The notes beneath the pieces were generated by a model. It was not told where the DNA came from. It saw only the letters and a list, made by a program, of their open reading frames with translations, and did not search any database. Below, in pieces: positions 34,002 through 44,780 of a stretch of DNA of 64,000 nucleotides. The DNA lies in the NCBI GenBank assembly GCA_963701965.1, contig OY969695.1, positions 3,040,001 to 3,104,000 of the forward strand, read 5' to 3'. Position numbers and translations under genes: made by a program. Numbering within the stretch: position 1 is the first letter of the stretch; the number at the start of each line of letters is the position of its first letter. This DNA comes from an uncultured Gemmatimonadales bacterium (GTDB taxonomy: Bacteria > Gemmatimonadota > Gemmatimonadetes > Gemmatimonadales > Gemmatimonadaceae).

Positions 34002-35738
34002 GGGTTCTTCGGCAGTTTTGATGATGATCCTGGCTAGCTGGCGCCGGGCACTTCGCTGGCGACTTAGGCGGCGCGCCGGACTCGCTGGCGGAGGAACGCG
34101 AAGCCGGCGCGCCCGTAGCTCTGCCGCTTGAACAACTTCAGCCGGTTCACATGGCCCTCGACCGGTCCGTTGCTCCACCGGAAGCAGATCGCAGCGAGCA
34201 CCGCGGCAGCGTCGCGACGCAGCCCGGCCGCGAGGGACCGGAGTTCGCTCTGTTCGGCCGCCGCCAGCCATGCTGTCAGAGCGTTCGGGTCGCGCTCCCG
34301 GAGCATGCGGCGGAACTCGGCGGCGAGCACGCGCACGGCGGCGATCGGTGGACACGCCGCGCCGAGCGCGTCGAGGTAGTCGCGCTGGCGCGAGGCGACA
34401 GCCTCCGCCGGGGCGCTCAGCAGCCACGCCGTTTGTCGCGGCGACGGGCGACCGCGACATCGTACGATTGTGTCGCGGCCGTCGGTGGTCCCGCGCGTAA
34501 GCGCGCCGCCACCACCCAGTCCCGCACCGTCGAGCAGGCACCACGGAAGCCGCGAGTCGCGCAGAGCTCACGCCAGAGCAGCGTCGCGTTGTGGCAGCCC
34601 TCCGTCCAGCGCTGCCGGAGCAGTGGCATGCGGGCGAGCAGGGTGCGACGCGGCGGTCGCGCACGCCGTTCAGGAAAGACTCCGGCGTGCAGCCAGCGGA
34701 TGATCGTCGCCCGACTGACGCCGGTGGCGCGATGATCGCTACCCCTGAGAGGCCGCGTGCGTGTAACGCGACGATCTGTTCATAGCGAGCGTATCGTCGC
34801 GCGCGCGTTGTCGCGGTGCGTTGCGCCGGTAGCCGGGGCTGCGCCTGGGTTTGGCGACCGGGCCGCCTCGCTCGGTGGGCGTCGGGTTCACCGGCGGAGG
34901 TTACCGGAACCGCGACCGTGCGCACGGTCGCGTGATGCCGCTCGAGGACGCGTTCGACCGCGTCGGTCACGTTCGCAGCAGGTGAAAGCGATCGGCCACT
35001 TGGATCGCGTCGGGCGCGCCCGCCCGTGCACCGTCGGCGTACGCACCCGCCCGATCGCGGCTGATGATTCAACGCCGGGATGGCACGGAGCCACGCGGCG
35101 AGTGTGGCGGCCGCCGATCGGGGAGCACGTCAACCACTCGTCGGCGTTCCAGATCGATCAGCAGGGTGCCGACGATGGCGTCGCCACGCCCATCGTTGAC
35201 ACCCACCACGCGTGGTGTGGGCGCGAGGGGGACGGACTCCCCCTGCATGACCACCCGGCGCACCGTGTCGCCGCTCACGGCCATCCCGAGCCGCTCCGCC
35301 AACCGCGCCCCTGCCTCGCCCCCGAGTCCAAGTCCGATCGCATCCAACGCGGCGGTGAGCCGGGCGGTGCGGCGTGCCGACGGCGCCGCTGTGGCGGGAA
35401 GCCGTTCGGTGAAGATCCGCCGCGAGCAGCCAGCCAGGTCGCAAAAGTAGCGTCGCGTCGTGACGACGAGTTGTACGGCAAGCCCGTGCCAGGGGAGATC
35501 AGCCAGCGTGCGGGGTAGTGGCTGTGGACCCGAGCGGCGTGCGTTCCGCAGCGTGGACACGTCGCTCCTGGTCGGCGGGTCAGTGCGACGACGGTGATGC
35601 CGCGATCGTCGACGGCGAGGTGCGACAGGTGCAACTCCGGGGACGGGCGGCGGCGGCGTGGTGTCCAGACCGGTCTCCAAGGTCGCGCCGCCCATCAATC
35701 TCCGCCCGCCGCCGTTCACCAAAAGTCCGGCAGAACCC
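34002..35738 (-). mobile_element. Degenerate ISL3-family element
   Basis: IRs gggttcttcggcagttttg / caaaagtccggcagaaccc; CPRCG, RTLADLPWHG..RRIFTERL, WSNGPVEGHVNRLKLFKRQSYGRAGF. Confidence 0.85.
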
Positions 35739-35760
35739 AATTATCTCCGCCGTTGACAAT

Positions 35761-38252
35761 CTATACTGTGGCGCGCGCTCTCGAGCCATTTTCCAAATCA
35801 ATCAGAGCGTCGTAGTACTGGCGGATGCGCTCTGCGCTCGGCGCATAATCATCGGAGCATGGTGAGCGGATGGTCGTCGTCCATGCCGATCACACGATCT
35901 ACTAACTTCGCTGAACACCCTGCCTCGTTTAGGATTGCTCGCGCCCTGTCGCTGTTAATGTTGTGCGCCCCTGTTTGTCTCTTTAGAATCACCTGCGCCA
36001 CGTCGGCAACGAGTTGTGAAGCCGTAATGCGAATCTCCTCTTCGCCCTGTTGAAGGCGTACTCCTGAAGCTGTTGGATCCTTCGAATACTAAGCGCCTCC
36101 TTTAAGCGTTGATCAATCGTTGCCCACGCTCGTTGCTGGATTGCCGGTCCCTCCTTGGTGTATCCCGTTATATCGTATCGCAACCCGTTTAAGCTGCGAC
36201 AGTGTGCAGCCACTGGGTCAATCCAACCACGGCGGTGCGACATCAGGATTACTTGGCGCTTCTCTTCCTCAACGAGAGCCCGCAGTTAATGAATTGAATC
36301 TCGTGCTCGTCATCCCATGATTGGATTGGGTCGTCTAGTACAATGAACTCAAAGGGGCCTGGTGCACGCAGTGCAGTAGCGACGCTCACGCATAACCCTA
36401 AAGCATTGAGTTTTGATTCACTCAGTGACGAGACGGCGCTCGCGAGCTCCACGCCGTAGGAAGCAGCAGCAACCTTGACACGACGGTTCTTGAAGTCGCC
36501 GGTCTTGGTGCGCTCCATGCCGAAGCCTACAAAATGAACGTCAGGGTCACTTGTGGTTCGGATCCGGCTGTACCAGTTCATCACATCGCCAGTCAACTCG
36601 CTTGAAAATGCCTCCTCCATCGTTTGCCCGACGGTATGATCGACTTGTTTCCTCAGGCTCTTTAGTCCGGTCACTACGTCTCGAATACGCAAGCCGCGGT
36701 TGATGTCACTACGACTATTCAACATCTCAATGAGCAGGCTGAGCTCTGCGGTTCCTGCTCGCGCGTCGACGGCTTTTTCTAGAAGGCGAGAAGGGTCTGC
36801 TAGCGTCGGTTCGAGTTCGGAAAGCTTGCGCGCGTATTCGTCGGCCGCACTCAGATAGTTCATGCCAGCGTCAATGAGGAGTTCGATCTGCGACACTTCC
36901 TCGTGCCTGGTTCGCACAGCATCTGCGCACACCTCGGCCGCATTGATCACTTCTGACGCCGCTTGCCGCAATTGGGTGAGGACAGGCGTGATCGCTGCAC
37001 CGGCGGCCGCGACTAGGAATAACTCGTGTTCGTGCCCCTTTCCGAACAGTGCGTTGATTTGCGCACTACGCTCCGGCGTGTTGGCTTCAACCAGGTCCGA
37101 ACATCGGGCGCTGTACAATGCGAGGTGCGCGGTAACACTATTGCTAAGATCCTTTAGGCCGGCAGCGACCTGACTTCGGAGAACTCCTGGTTCCGCGTCT
37201 GCGCCAAGTGAAGCGATCAACACCGCATAGCGCTGGGCAATTCGGTCGCGCGTGGCAGCATCCAACGATTGTTCGCAGAGCGGGCAACCGGCGGGCCGAT
37301 CCTCGAGCAGGTCCACGCCGAGCTGTAGCAATTGCACTTCTTTCCTTAACCTTACAGAGACATCGGCTACAGCCAAGCGGATGTAGTCAGTACGCGATTC
37401 GGCGGCTATCGCGCGTTCAATGCGATCGCGTGCGGAGGCGGCGCGTTGATTCTCCGTCGTGGGCAGGGGTTTAATGCCCACTGACCCGGCGAAGACTTTC
37501 TCTGCGGCCGCACTGCGCAGCTCTACGAGTTTCATTGAAACGATATCCGGATCGGCGTTGACACCGATCAATCTGATCGCCCTTTTGTGAAGCCTATCCC
37601 ATGCGTCTGGCAGTCCGTTGCTACCTTGCGCCAACGACTTGGCTATCGCTCGTGTCTCTTTGATCGACTCGAGTCGGCCCTCGAACAGCTCTACGGATGC
37701 TAACAGCTCTTTTGCACGCGCCGGCAACTGCGCTTCTGGCTTCGTGCACAGATTGATAAGCGCAGCTTGCAGTTGGTCGATCTCGTGCAAACCGAGCAGG
37801 CGGGCAAACCCTTGGAACCGGTCTGACGGCGACGCTAGCAGTAAACTCTTCAACGCATGCTGCACTACAAACGGACGCGCGGCCTTTGCCGCGGCCGCAG
37901 CGAATGGCCACTCAGTCACAGCTTGGCCATTTACGAACCGGTGTATTTCTGACCCATGCAACTCAGCTCTTAGTGCTAAGTCATCTGCGTTGTCGCTACA
38001 CTCGGCTTCGACGAACGGTACTTGGTCTGACGCAAAATGCCGATTCGTGTACGAATCCTTGTACTCTTCTTTGGAGTCGGCAGATTCGACCTTTGAGGTT
38101 TGGCCAAAGATTAAGAATTCGAGTGCCTCGATGATACTGGTCTTGCCGTAGCTGTTTGGCGCGGCAATGAGCGTAATGTCGGCATCGAACTCGATTGTCT
38201 TTGTCGCGTTGAATCCGCGAAACCCGCCCACGGTCAGCCGTCTAAGCCTCAC
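35761..38252 (-). CDS. Rad50/SMC-like ABC ATPase with zinc-hook CxxC and frameshifted C-terminal extension
   Basis: GFRGF, APNSYGKTS Walker A, CPLC in the coiled coil, LSESKLNALGL signature, VLDDPIQSWD; continues in other frames (VILMSH.., SAHHAP). Confidence 0.8.
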
Positions 38253-38427
38253 GGAGAATCTCTCTCACTATCGCGGCGAGCTCGTGTTCAAGTGAGACCC
38301 GTGAATCTAATGTGCGCGCTGCCTTTACTAGCCGTACATGAACCGGATCACTGACGCGCGCCGCGAGTGCCGTTAAGAACCTCTCGGCCGCCTCGGATCG
38401 TACCCCTTTGAATGGATAGGTCACCAT
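38242..38427 (-). CDS. Small helical protein overlapping the ATPase start
   Basis: 61-aa ORF whose stop overlaps the ATPase start codon region. Confidence 0.5.
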   Translation of the reverse strand: MVTYPFKGVRSEAAERFLTALAARVSDPVHVRLVKAARTLDSRVSLEHELAAIVREILREA

Positions 38428-38953
38428 TGGCGAGGCATGAGATTAGGCGTAGCTGTCAGTCGCAGTTAGCGCTGTAACGCGCCGGCCTGGCGGACCTTGG
38501 ATGCGCGTTCCGTTAGCGGTGGCTTGCATCGACCGGTGTCCCGCTAGCCATCGTGGGGCGACTTCGCAAAGGACAACGCAATGCCGGCGTCGGGGTTGAC
38601 GAATGGGTGCGCATCGCGTGCATGGTGGAAGCGTCGCCGCGAGGCTCACCGCGCCTCGGTCTTCGCGTGGCGCCGACCCCGTATCTGTTCGCGTTGGGCA
38701 GCGCGGAGCGCCCGTTGTGCGGCGCGGCTCGCGCGCAGTATTGCGGTGGCGAGACTGCGGTAGGACAAAGGGCCGATCCTCGAAGAGGGAAACAGATGGG
38801 ACCGCCTAGGCGCCAAATGTTCGCACGAATTTGGACAACGCGCAAGCCCGGTTGGAGGGTCATCGCTTGCTGTTAGATCGACGACGCTTACGTTCGCTCG
38901 TAAGTACGATATCACGTACTTTACAAGAGTATCTGTTGAAGATATAATACATA

Positions 38954-39295
38954 ATGCCAAGATGGGTGCCAGCCCTACCATTGCCGGTCAGGCGGACGCT
39001 CGCACGGCTGGGCGGCGACATACGCAATGCACGACGACGGCGCCGCCTCCCCATGGCTGTCGTCGCGAATCGGTCGGGCATCGCCCGCCAAACCCTTCAA
39101 CGGGTCGAGCGCGGTGATCCTGCTGTATCGCTGGGCATCTACGCCACTGTGTTGTTCGTTCTCGGCCTGGTCGATAAGCTGGCTGTCGTCGCGGCTGTGG
39201 AGGGTGATGCCGTCGGGCTCGCTCTTGAGGGGGAGCGACTTCCCAAGAGGATAAGACAAACAGCTCGCCACGACTCTTCGTCGAAGGAAGAGTGA
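38954..39295 (+). CDS. HipB-like XRE HTH antitoxin
   Basis: LGGDIRNARRRRRL..IARQTLQRVERGDPAVSLGIYATVLFVLG; overlaps the hipA start. Confidence 0.85.
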   Translation: MPRWVPALPLPVRRTLARLGGDIRNARRRRRLPMAVVANRSGIARQTLQRVERGDPAVSLGIYATVLFVLGLVDKLAVVAAVEGDAVGLALEGERLPKRIRQTARHDSSSKEE

Positions 39296-40575
39296 GTCCA
39301 CCAACGGCTCTTGTCTATGTAGATCTGCTCGGTATCACGCACCGAGTGGGTCGATTGTGGGCCGTGAGCTCCCACGGAAGAGAAGGGGCCAGCTTTGAGT
39401 ACGACGGAGAGTGGCAGCGGCATCCTGAGCGTTTCGCACTGGAGCCGGCTCTCGAGGTCGGACCCGGAGCGTTTCACACAGCGGGCGACCGTGCGCTCTT
39501 CGGGGCGCTCGGAGATTCGGCGCCGGATCAATGGGGGCGTTCGCTTATCGCTCGGAGTGAGCGGCGTAACGCTGCGGCGGAAGGCCGGGCGCCACGGACT
39601 CTCCGTGAGATTGACTACCTCCTCGGTGTGTCCGACGTAGCTCGGCCTGGCGCCCTACGGTACAAACGCGATCCGGATGGGCCGTTCGTGGCGGACGGCG
39701 ACCAGACGGTCCCGCCGCTGGTTGCGCTGCCCCGGCTGCTCTCTGCTGCGAACCACGTAGAAGCGGCCGACGAAACCGACGAGGATCTCCGCCTCCTGCT
39801 CGCACCAGGCTCCTCTCTGGGCGGGGCACGACCCAAAGCCTCAGTCCGCGACAAGAAAGGGCATCTCCTCATCGCCAAGTTTCCCTCGCGAAGCAATGAC
39901 ATCAACGTGGTACAATGGGAGGCGGTAGCGCTAGAGCTTGCGCGTCGAGCGGGGATTCCGGTGTCACTCTCGCGCGTAGAACGAGTGGGAGAACAGGACG
40001 TCCTTCTCGTTCGGCGGTTCGATCGGGAAACCGTTGCAGCCAGCCAAGGTGATATTTCCGAACAGCGGGTGCCGTTCTTGTCGGCAATGAGCATGCTCGA
40101 CGCGGCTGACCGCGAGGTGCACAGCTATCTCGAGATTGCGGACGCGCTCCGACGCTATGGGGCTGATACCGTGACGGACCTTGTCGACCTTTGGCGACGC
40201 GTGGTCTTCAATGTGCTCGTGTCCAACCTCGATGATCATCTCCGAAATCACGGCTTTCTCTACGCTGGACTTAACGGGTGGCGCCTGTCGCCGGCATACG
40301 ATCTCAATCCAGTCCCGGCCGACGTGAAACCACGATTCTTGACAACCACTATCGCTGCGGACGAGGACGCATCCGCCTCTATCGCGCTGGCCCTCTCTGT
40401 CGCGAAAGATTTCGGCGTTCGAGAAAAGGAAGCGCACACGATCGTGCGCCATGTTGGCGAGGCAGTGCGACCATGGCGAAGCGTCGCGTCGCACTGTGGA
40501 CTCACCCGTTCCGAGTGCGACCGCATGACAAGTGCGTTCGAACACGAGGACGCTGAGATCGCGCGCCACGGATAG
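39292..40575 (+). CDS. hipA: HipA-family kinase toxin
   Basis: DSAPDQWG, GSSLGGARPKA, NLDDHLRNHGF, LSPAYDLNP. Confidence 0.93.
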   Translation: MSPPTALVYVDLLGITHRVGRLWAVSSHGREGASFEYDGEWQRHPERFALEPALEVGPGAFHTAGDRALFGALGDSAPDQWGRSLIARSERRNAAAEGRAPRTLREIDYLLGVSDVARPGALRYKRDPDGPFVADGDQTVPPLVALPRLLSAANHVEAADETDEDLRLLLAPGSSLGGARPKASVRDKKGHLLIAKFPSRSNDINVVQWEAVALELARRAGIPVSLSRVERVGEQDVLLVRRFDRETVAASQGDISEQRVPFLSAMSMLDAADREVHSYLEIADALRRYGADTVTDLVDLWRRVVFNVLVSNLDDHLRNHGFLYAGLNGWRLSPAYDLNPVPADVKPRFLTTTIAADEDASASIALALSVAKDFGVREKEAHTIVRHVGEAVRPWRSVASHCGLTRSECDRMTSAFEHEDAEIARHG

Positions 40576-40990
40576 AACGCCGACGAAGGTCGCCGTGGGC
40601 AAAGGTGAGACGTCAGTACGCGTGCAATATCTGACGAAATTGCCCGATTTCGGCATTCAACCTGTAGTTAGTGCACTCACATTTTCGGCATCACAGCACC
40701 AGTACCCGATCCGGCTCCTTCTCGTAAGATGTCGCGGACTGCTCGTACAGCCGACATCCGGCGTGCTCCGGCAATGAGCTCGCAATGGAACGCGCGTCGC
40801 GCTCGGCGTCCAAGATCTGTCCGCTGTCGTCGACACAAGCTATGTCGAGTTTATCTCCGTCAGTCCGAGGTCTTCCTGCGAGCGGTGCCTCGGGCGGCAC
40901 GATCCGGCCGACTGCTCAACGTGATATCGTCCGCACCCGCGCTCATTAGTTGGTTCGATCGCGGGGAGCGCACAAATTTTAACGTTGTAC

Positions 40991-41587
40991 ATGGTTAACC
41001 AATCAGGCCAGGAATTGAACGCTATTTGGCCGGCGCACGAGGCCTTCTATATCGACAGCATGTTGTTTATTAGCTCGTCGGCGGTTGCTTCCATCGATCA
41101 GGTTGCAGAGGCGCTGACAGCGGTAGTGCGCGGCGACGTCGCGCCTGACGCGCTTGATCAGGATGCAATTTTGGATCTACTCCAGCATGTCCTGATCCAA
41201 GGTGCTGCACTCTCCCGGTACTTTTGGCCTGCCCGGCGAGGTCATGAGGCGAGAGCGAAATATCTTCGCTCAGCGCTCGCGGTCACGGATACAAGCGCTC
41301 TCCGGAGCCGCGGCTTGCGGAACGCGATCGAGCATTTTGACGAGCGCCTCGACGTATATCTCTCGGGCCACGTCGTGGGTCACATTCTCCCGCACTACGT
41401 CGGGCGCACACCGTCACAAGATGCTGGGGTGCCGCTACACCTATTCCGGGCCTACTTCGTCGATCGGGGCGTCTTCTCGCTCTTAGGCGAACAATACGAA
41501 ATGCAGCCCATGGTCGACGAAATAGGTCGCATCCATGATTTGCTAGTCGCGTGCGCGGAGGCCGGGGGTCGGCTGCAGACGACGTAG
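40991..41587 (+). CDS. Hypothetical helical protein with HEPN-like RxxxxH motif
   Basis: LRNAIEHFDERLD. Confidence 0.6.
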   Translation: MVNQSGQELNAIWPAHEAFYIDSMLFISSSAVASIDQVAEALTAVVRGDVAPDALDQDAILDLLQHVLIQGAALSRYFWPARRGHEARAKYLRSALAVTDTSALRSRGLRNAIEHFDERLDVYLSGHVVGHILPHYVGRTPSQDAGVPLHLFRAYFVDRGVFSLLGEQYEMQPMVDEIGRIHDLLVACAEAGGRLQTT

Positions 41588-42027
41588 CGTTGTGTAGCGA
41601 GCTGGTCGCGTGAGGGCGTGTCGAGTGAGGCGTGAGCAGGCACCGTTGAATTCCCGGGAGAGCTGCCACTGGGTGTCTCGCCTAGGAGTTCGAATGCAGG
41701 TGGTTCAGTCCCTGCGACTAGCTGTTATCCCGCGGCTCGTTGACCTCAATACTCAACGCCAGCAGCCGGACGCGCTCCTCAAGCTTATCGAGAAGGTCTT
41801 TGATAGCGCGCTGGGCTAGGAACGGCTTTAGCGACTCGCGATGCTCGGGCGCCAGTGGCGGGAGATTCGCGCGGCCAGGGTAGTGCTGATGCAATCGTAT
41901 CCCGGCCTCGCCCGCGGTAAGAAACTCACTCTTGTCACCGTCTTGTCCTACGAGCGACCCCCGTGGAACACAAAAGCCGTCGGCCCACGCGCCGAGTTCG
42001 ATGGGACGGTCGATCCCGTGTGCAAGG

Positions 42028-42345
42028 AGCTGGCGCGGGGAGCGGTGCGGGCGGGAGGAGCGATCGCGCAAGCCGGCGCGCCCCTCCACGCGGTAGCGGC
42101 GCACCCATTTGCGCGCACTCTGCGCACTGAGCCCGAACGCGGCGGCCGCCTCCGGGACCGTCCACCCGTCGGCGAGCACGCGCATGACGAGACACACTCG
42201 CCCCGTGAACCCCAGGCGCGCATTCTTGTGACTGTTCACTCGGTCCTCTGGCAGTTGCTGGTCGGTGGTCCAGACAACCCCAGCTTGTAACCGCTACGAC
42301 CGGGTAAACACCCCCAACCCCGAAACAACGTGTCCGGTAATCACA
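42028..42345 (-). mobile_element. IS481-family left-end remnant
   Basis: MNSHKNARL..ARKWVRRYR.EG.AGL.DRSSRPHRSP; TGTGATTACCGGACACGTTGTT terminus. Confidence 0.85.
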
Positions 42346-42446
42346 TCTAGGGGCAGCTGCACTCCCCGAGACCCGTTTCCAAATGCCAGGATTCTGCTGG
42401 ACCACGATGTGGATCTCTTGCAATCGTGGCATTGCCGTCGGATAAC

Positions 42447-42516
42447 TCCGACACCGACGCTCGGTCTTGCTTTCAAGTACGGCAAATTGTTGATTTATAA
42501 GGACTTACACGAGCGA
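42447..42516 (+). repeat. Left arm type Y, copy 1, with IHF-consensus site
   Basis: caccgacgctcgg..caagtacggcaaattgttgatttataaggacttacac; reverse strand AATCAACAATTTG fits WATCAANNNNTTR. Confidence 0.85.
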
Positions 42517-42558
42517 CTGTTAACCGGGAGATCGCTGGTTCAAATCCAGCCGCCCCAG
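42517..42558 (+). repeat. att core copy, exact
   Basis: 42/42 identity to the tRNA 3' half. Confidence 0.96.
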
Positions 42559-42730
42559 TTTGTAATCCTAACTCCATCAGTGAGTTAGAAGGGCGCCATC
42601 GCTGCCCGCGCTTCTCGTCCGTTGCCACAGCCGACGGCACCCGTTCGACACCCAACGGCACCTCAAGCGACTCCACTCACGAAGTGTCGCCTCAACATGT
42701 CTGATCGCCCGGTGCACGACCAGGCGATCG
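42559..42730 (+). repeat. Right arm type A, copy 3
   Basis: ctaactccatcagtgagttag; c(g/a)acggcacc at 42632 and 42653; terminal hairpin. Confidence 0.9.
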
Positions 42731-42768
42731 ACCGCTCGGGCGAACGCGTCAATGCCTCAGTCCCACAC

Positions 42769-43329
42769 CTACAAGTTCGATGCACCGCGAGATGACGCCT
42801 CCGCATCAGCGCCGAAGCCTATGCGGCGCGACGGCTCATCCGGCGGCGATGCCACGAGCTCGCGTATCGCGTCGAACACGACCGCGAATTGCTGATCGTA
42901 TCGAGATTCAAGATCGTCGAGACGGCACGCGAGTTCGACCTGCGTTAGGAGCATCGACCGCAGTCGGCCGAATGCTCGCATGATCGCGATGTTCACCTGT
43001 ACGGCGCGCTCACTGGTGAGCACGCTTGAAAGCATAGCGACGCCGTACTCCGTGAACGCCAGGGGTGGCTTTCGCACGCCCATCCGTTCGCGATTGGATA
43101 TCACAATCTGTGATTTCCAATCTTCGATCTCGTCCGTTGTGAGCTGGAACATGAAATCGGACGGGAAACGATCAATGTGTCGCCGGACTGCCTGGTTCAG
43201 AGTTCGTGTTTCGACGTCGTACAGCTCGGCGAGGTCGCGATCGAGCATCACCTTCCGGCCCCGAAGGAGAAGAATGCGTTGCTCGATGACAGCAGTGCGC
43301 GCGACGATGGCAGATGTGTCTTTCGGCAC
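42769..43329 (-). CDS. ORF6N domain protein, paralog of 28791-29336
   Basis: Near-identical protein in the same position relative to arm A. Confidence 0.92.
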   Translation of the reverse strand: MPKDTSAIVARTAVIEQRILLLRGRKVMLDRDLAELYDVETRTLNQAVRRHIDRFPSDFMFQLTTDEIEDWKSQIVISNRERMGVRKPPLAFTEYGVAMLSSVLTSERAVQVNIAIMRAFGRLRSMLLTQVELACRLDDLESRYDQQFAVVFDAIRELVASPPDEPSRRIGFGADAEASSRGASNL

Positions 43330-43559
43330 AGCGGGTCAAGGATGATAGGTGTTTTTTTGTCAACATAGCGACCTTTGCCCGCGCTCGCGCCATCGCCGAC
43401 AGAGCGGACGCATCGAACAAACGTGCAACCTATTCCACCACCGCGTTGAGCGAAACGTCGATATTCGAACGGCGGCCAGTATCGAGGGTGCCGGTGTGCT
43501 GGTCAGCATTCGACGCGAGGCCGGGATCGCAACCGTCTCGCGCGTGCCTGTCGACGGCG

Positions 43560-43738
43560 TTCAGCGCATCGGCAACGACACCAGCAGTAGGCGACACGGA
43601 GCCCTTTTTCACCGTCGAGACCTGAAACGGGCCGATGTCCGTGCTGTGTCGCTCCTTCGTGTAGCGGATCCCGTTCGCCGCGAGCACCACGACACCTAGC
43701 ACGATGAGTACGACCCCGACGAACCCTGTGAGCCGCAT
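43560..43738 (-). pseudogene. Small membrane protein fragment (DUF3185-like)
   Basis: VGVVLIVLGVVVLA..YTKERHSTDIGPFQVS; C-terminal TM appears truncated. Confidence 0.45.
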
Positions 43739-43815
43739 TACCTACCCCCTTTCTCCGGGTCACCGGCCTAAGGGCAAGAGGGATACCCGAGGACGCTCCC
43801 TGCTGCGTTTGGACT

Positions 43816-44283
43816 CTAGCGCGTGTCGCCGCGCCGAAAGGCTCGTAGCGCCGCGCGCCACCAAGACAACTGATACGCGGACCGCAGCGTCAAGCCCGCG
43901 CCTGGCCCTGGCCGCTCGTCCGCCAGTCGCTGCAGACGCGGCAAGCTCAGCATGGCGGTGTACCGGTGCGCGAGGTATCCCTCGAGCAACGCGGCCTCGG
44001 CCAGACCGCCCCCGGGGGCCGTCTGGGCGTATGCTCGTTGAAAGAGATCGTCGATCGCTCCCATCGACGCGGTCGCGCGCTCCGCGTCCGGCTCCCCGCG
44101 CGCCAGCACGTGCGTCAAGCGGCTCAACTCGGTGAGCTCATTGGCCGACCACGGCACGCGACCGCGCGGTGGCAGGGTCGCGGTCGGCAGCGCGGCGACG
44201 AAGTCGAGCAAGCGAATTGAGAGGTAGGACAGTTCGCCGGCGGTCTCGCGCCACTCTGTCCCTCGGTCGTCCGAACTCACCAC
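43816..44283 (-). CDS. Hypothetical protein
   Basis: 155-aa ORF with GC-biased codon usage. Confidence 0.4.
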   Translation of the reverse strand: MVSSDDRGTEWRETAGELSYLSIRLLDFVAALPTATLPPRGRVPWSANELTELSRLTHVLARGEPDAERATASMGAIDDLFQRAYAQTAPGGGLAEAALLEGYLAHRYTAMLSLPRLQRLADERPGPGAGLTLRSAYQLSWWRAALRAFRRGDTR

Positions 44284-44456
44284 TTGGGCCGCTCCGCTTG
44301 GCGGGATGCGCGCGCTGTCATGAAGCCGCGCGCTGATGGATCATACAGGAATGCTCGCGCAGGCGCCTCCCAACTCCGGCGTTCCGCCGGTCGTTCGCTC
44401 CGCCCGGGGTGCGGGCCGCTCGTATCACTTCACCAACCTCTGTGTCTCTTTCCAGT

Positions 44457-44550
44457 CGCCCAGTTTTCGACGGCTCGTTCATCGCCGAGAATCCTGTCGG
44501 AGTCGGGCCGCTTGGGGGCCGTTTCCTGCCGCCGATGTCGCGGATGGCAG
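44457..44550 (-). pseudogene. Degenerate integrase 3' remnant 3
   Basis: ttcgacggctcgttcatc..tgtcgg..tcgggc matches 32822-32870 (AMNEPSK). Confidence 0.6.
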
Positions 44551-44554
44551 GCAT

Positions 44555-44638
44555 ACATGTCCGGAAACTCTAGCACCGACGCTCGGTTTCCTTCGCAAGC
44601 CCGGCAAATGGTTGGCTTATAGTGACTTACACGTGCGA
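44555..44638 (+). repeat. Left arm type Y, copy 2
   Basis: catgtccggaaactctagcaccgacgctcgg..cggcaaatggttggcttatagtgacttacac. Confidence 0.85.
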
Positions 44639-44680
44639 GTGTTAACCGGGAGATCGCTGGTTCAAATCCAGCCGCCCCGG
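44639..44680 (+). repeat. att core copy, variant Gtgttaa..ccccGg
   Basis: 40/42 identity to the tRNA 3' half. Confidence 0.93.
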
Positions 44681-44780
44681 TTTTTTTAACTCTTTCAAAA
44701 TTTGCAACCTGCAGAGCGAGCGCTCAGGCTTCGAGTGCTCGGGGGCGCGTTGGGGCGCGTAATACGCGCCCCCGACCGGT
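44681..44780 (+). repeat. Right arm type B, copy 3
   Basis: Near-identical to 32698-32797. Confidence 0.9.

Noticed and set aside
10489..44680. Additional tRNA genes at the repeat copies
   Set aside because: Only the anticodon loop to acceptor 3' strand is present; D arm and 5' strand are replaced by arm sequence.
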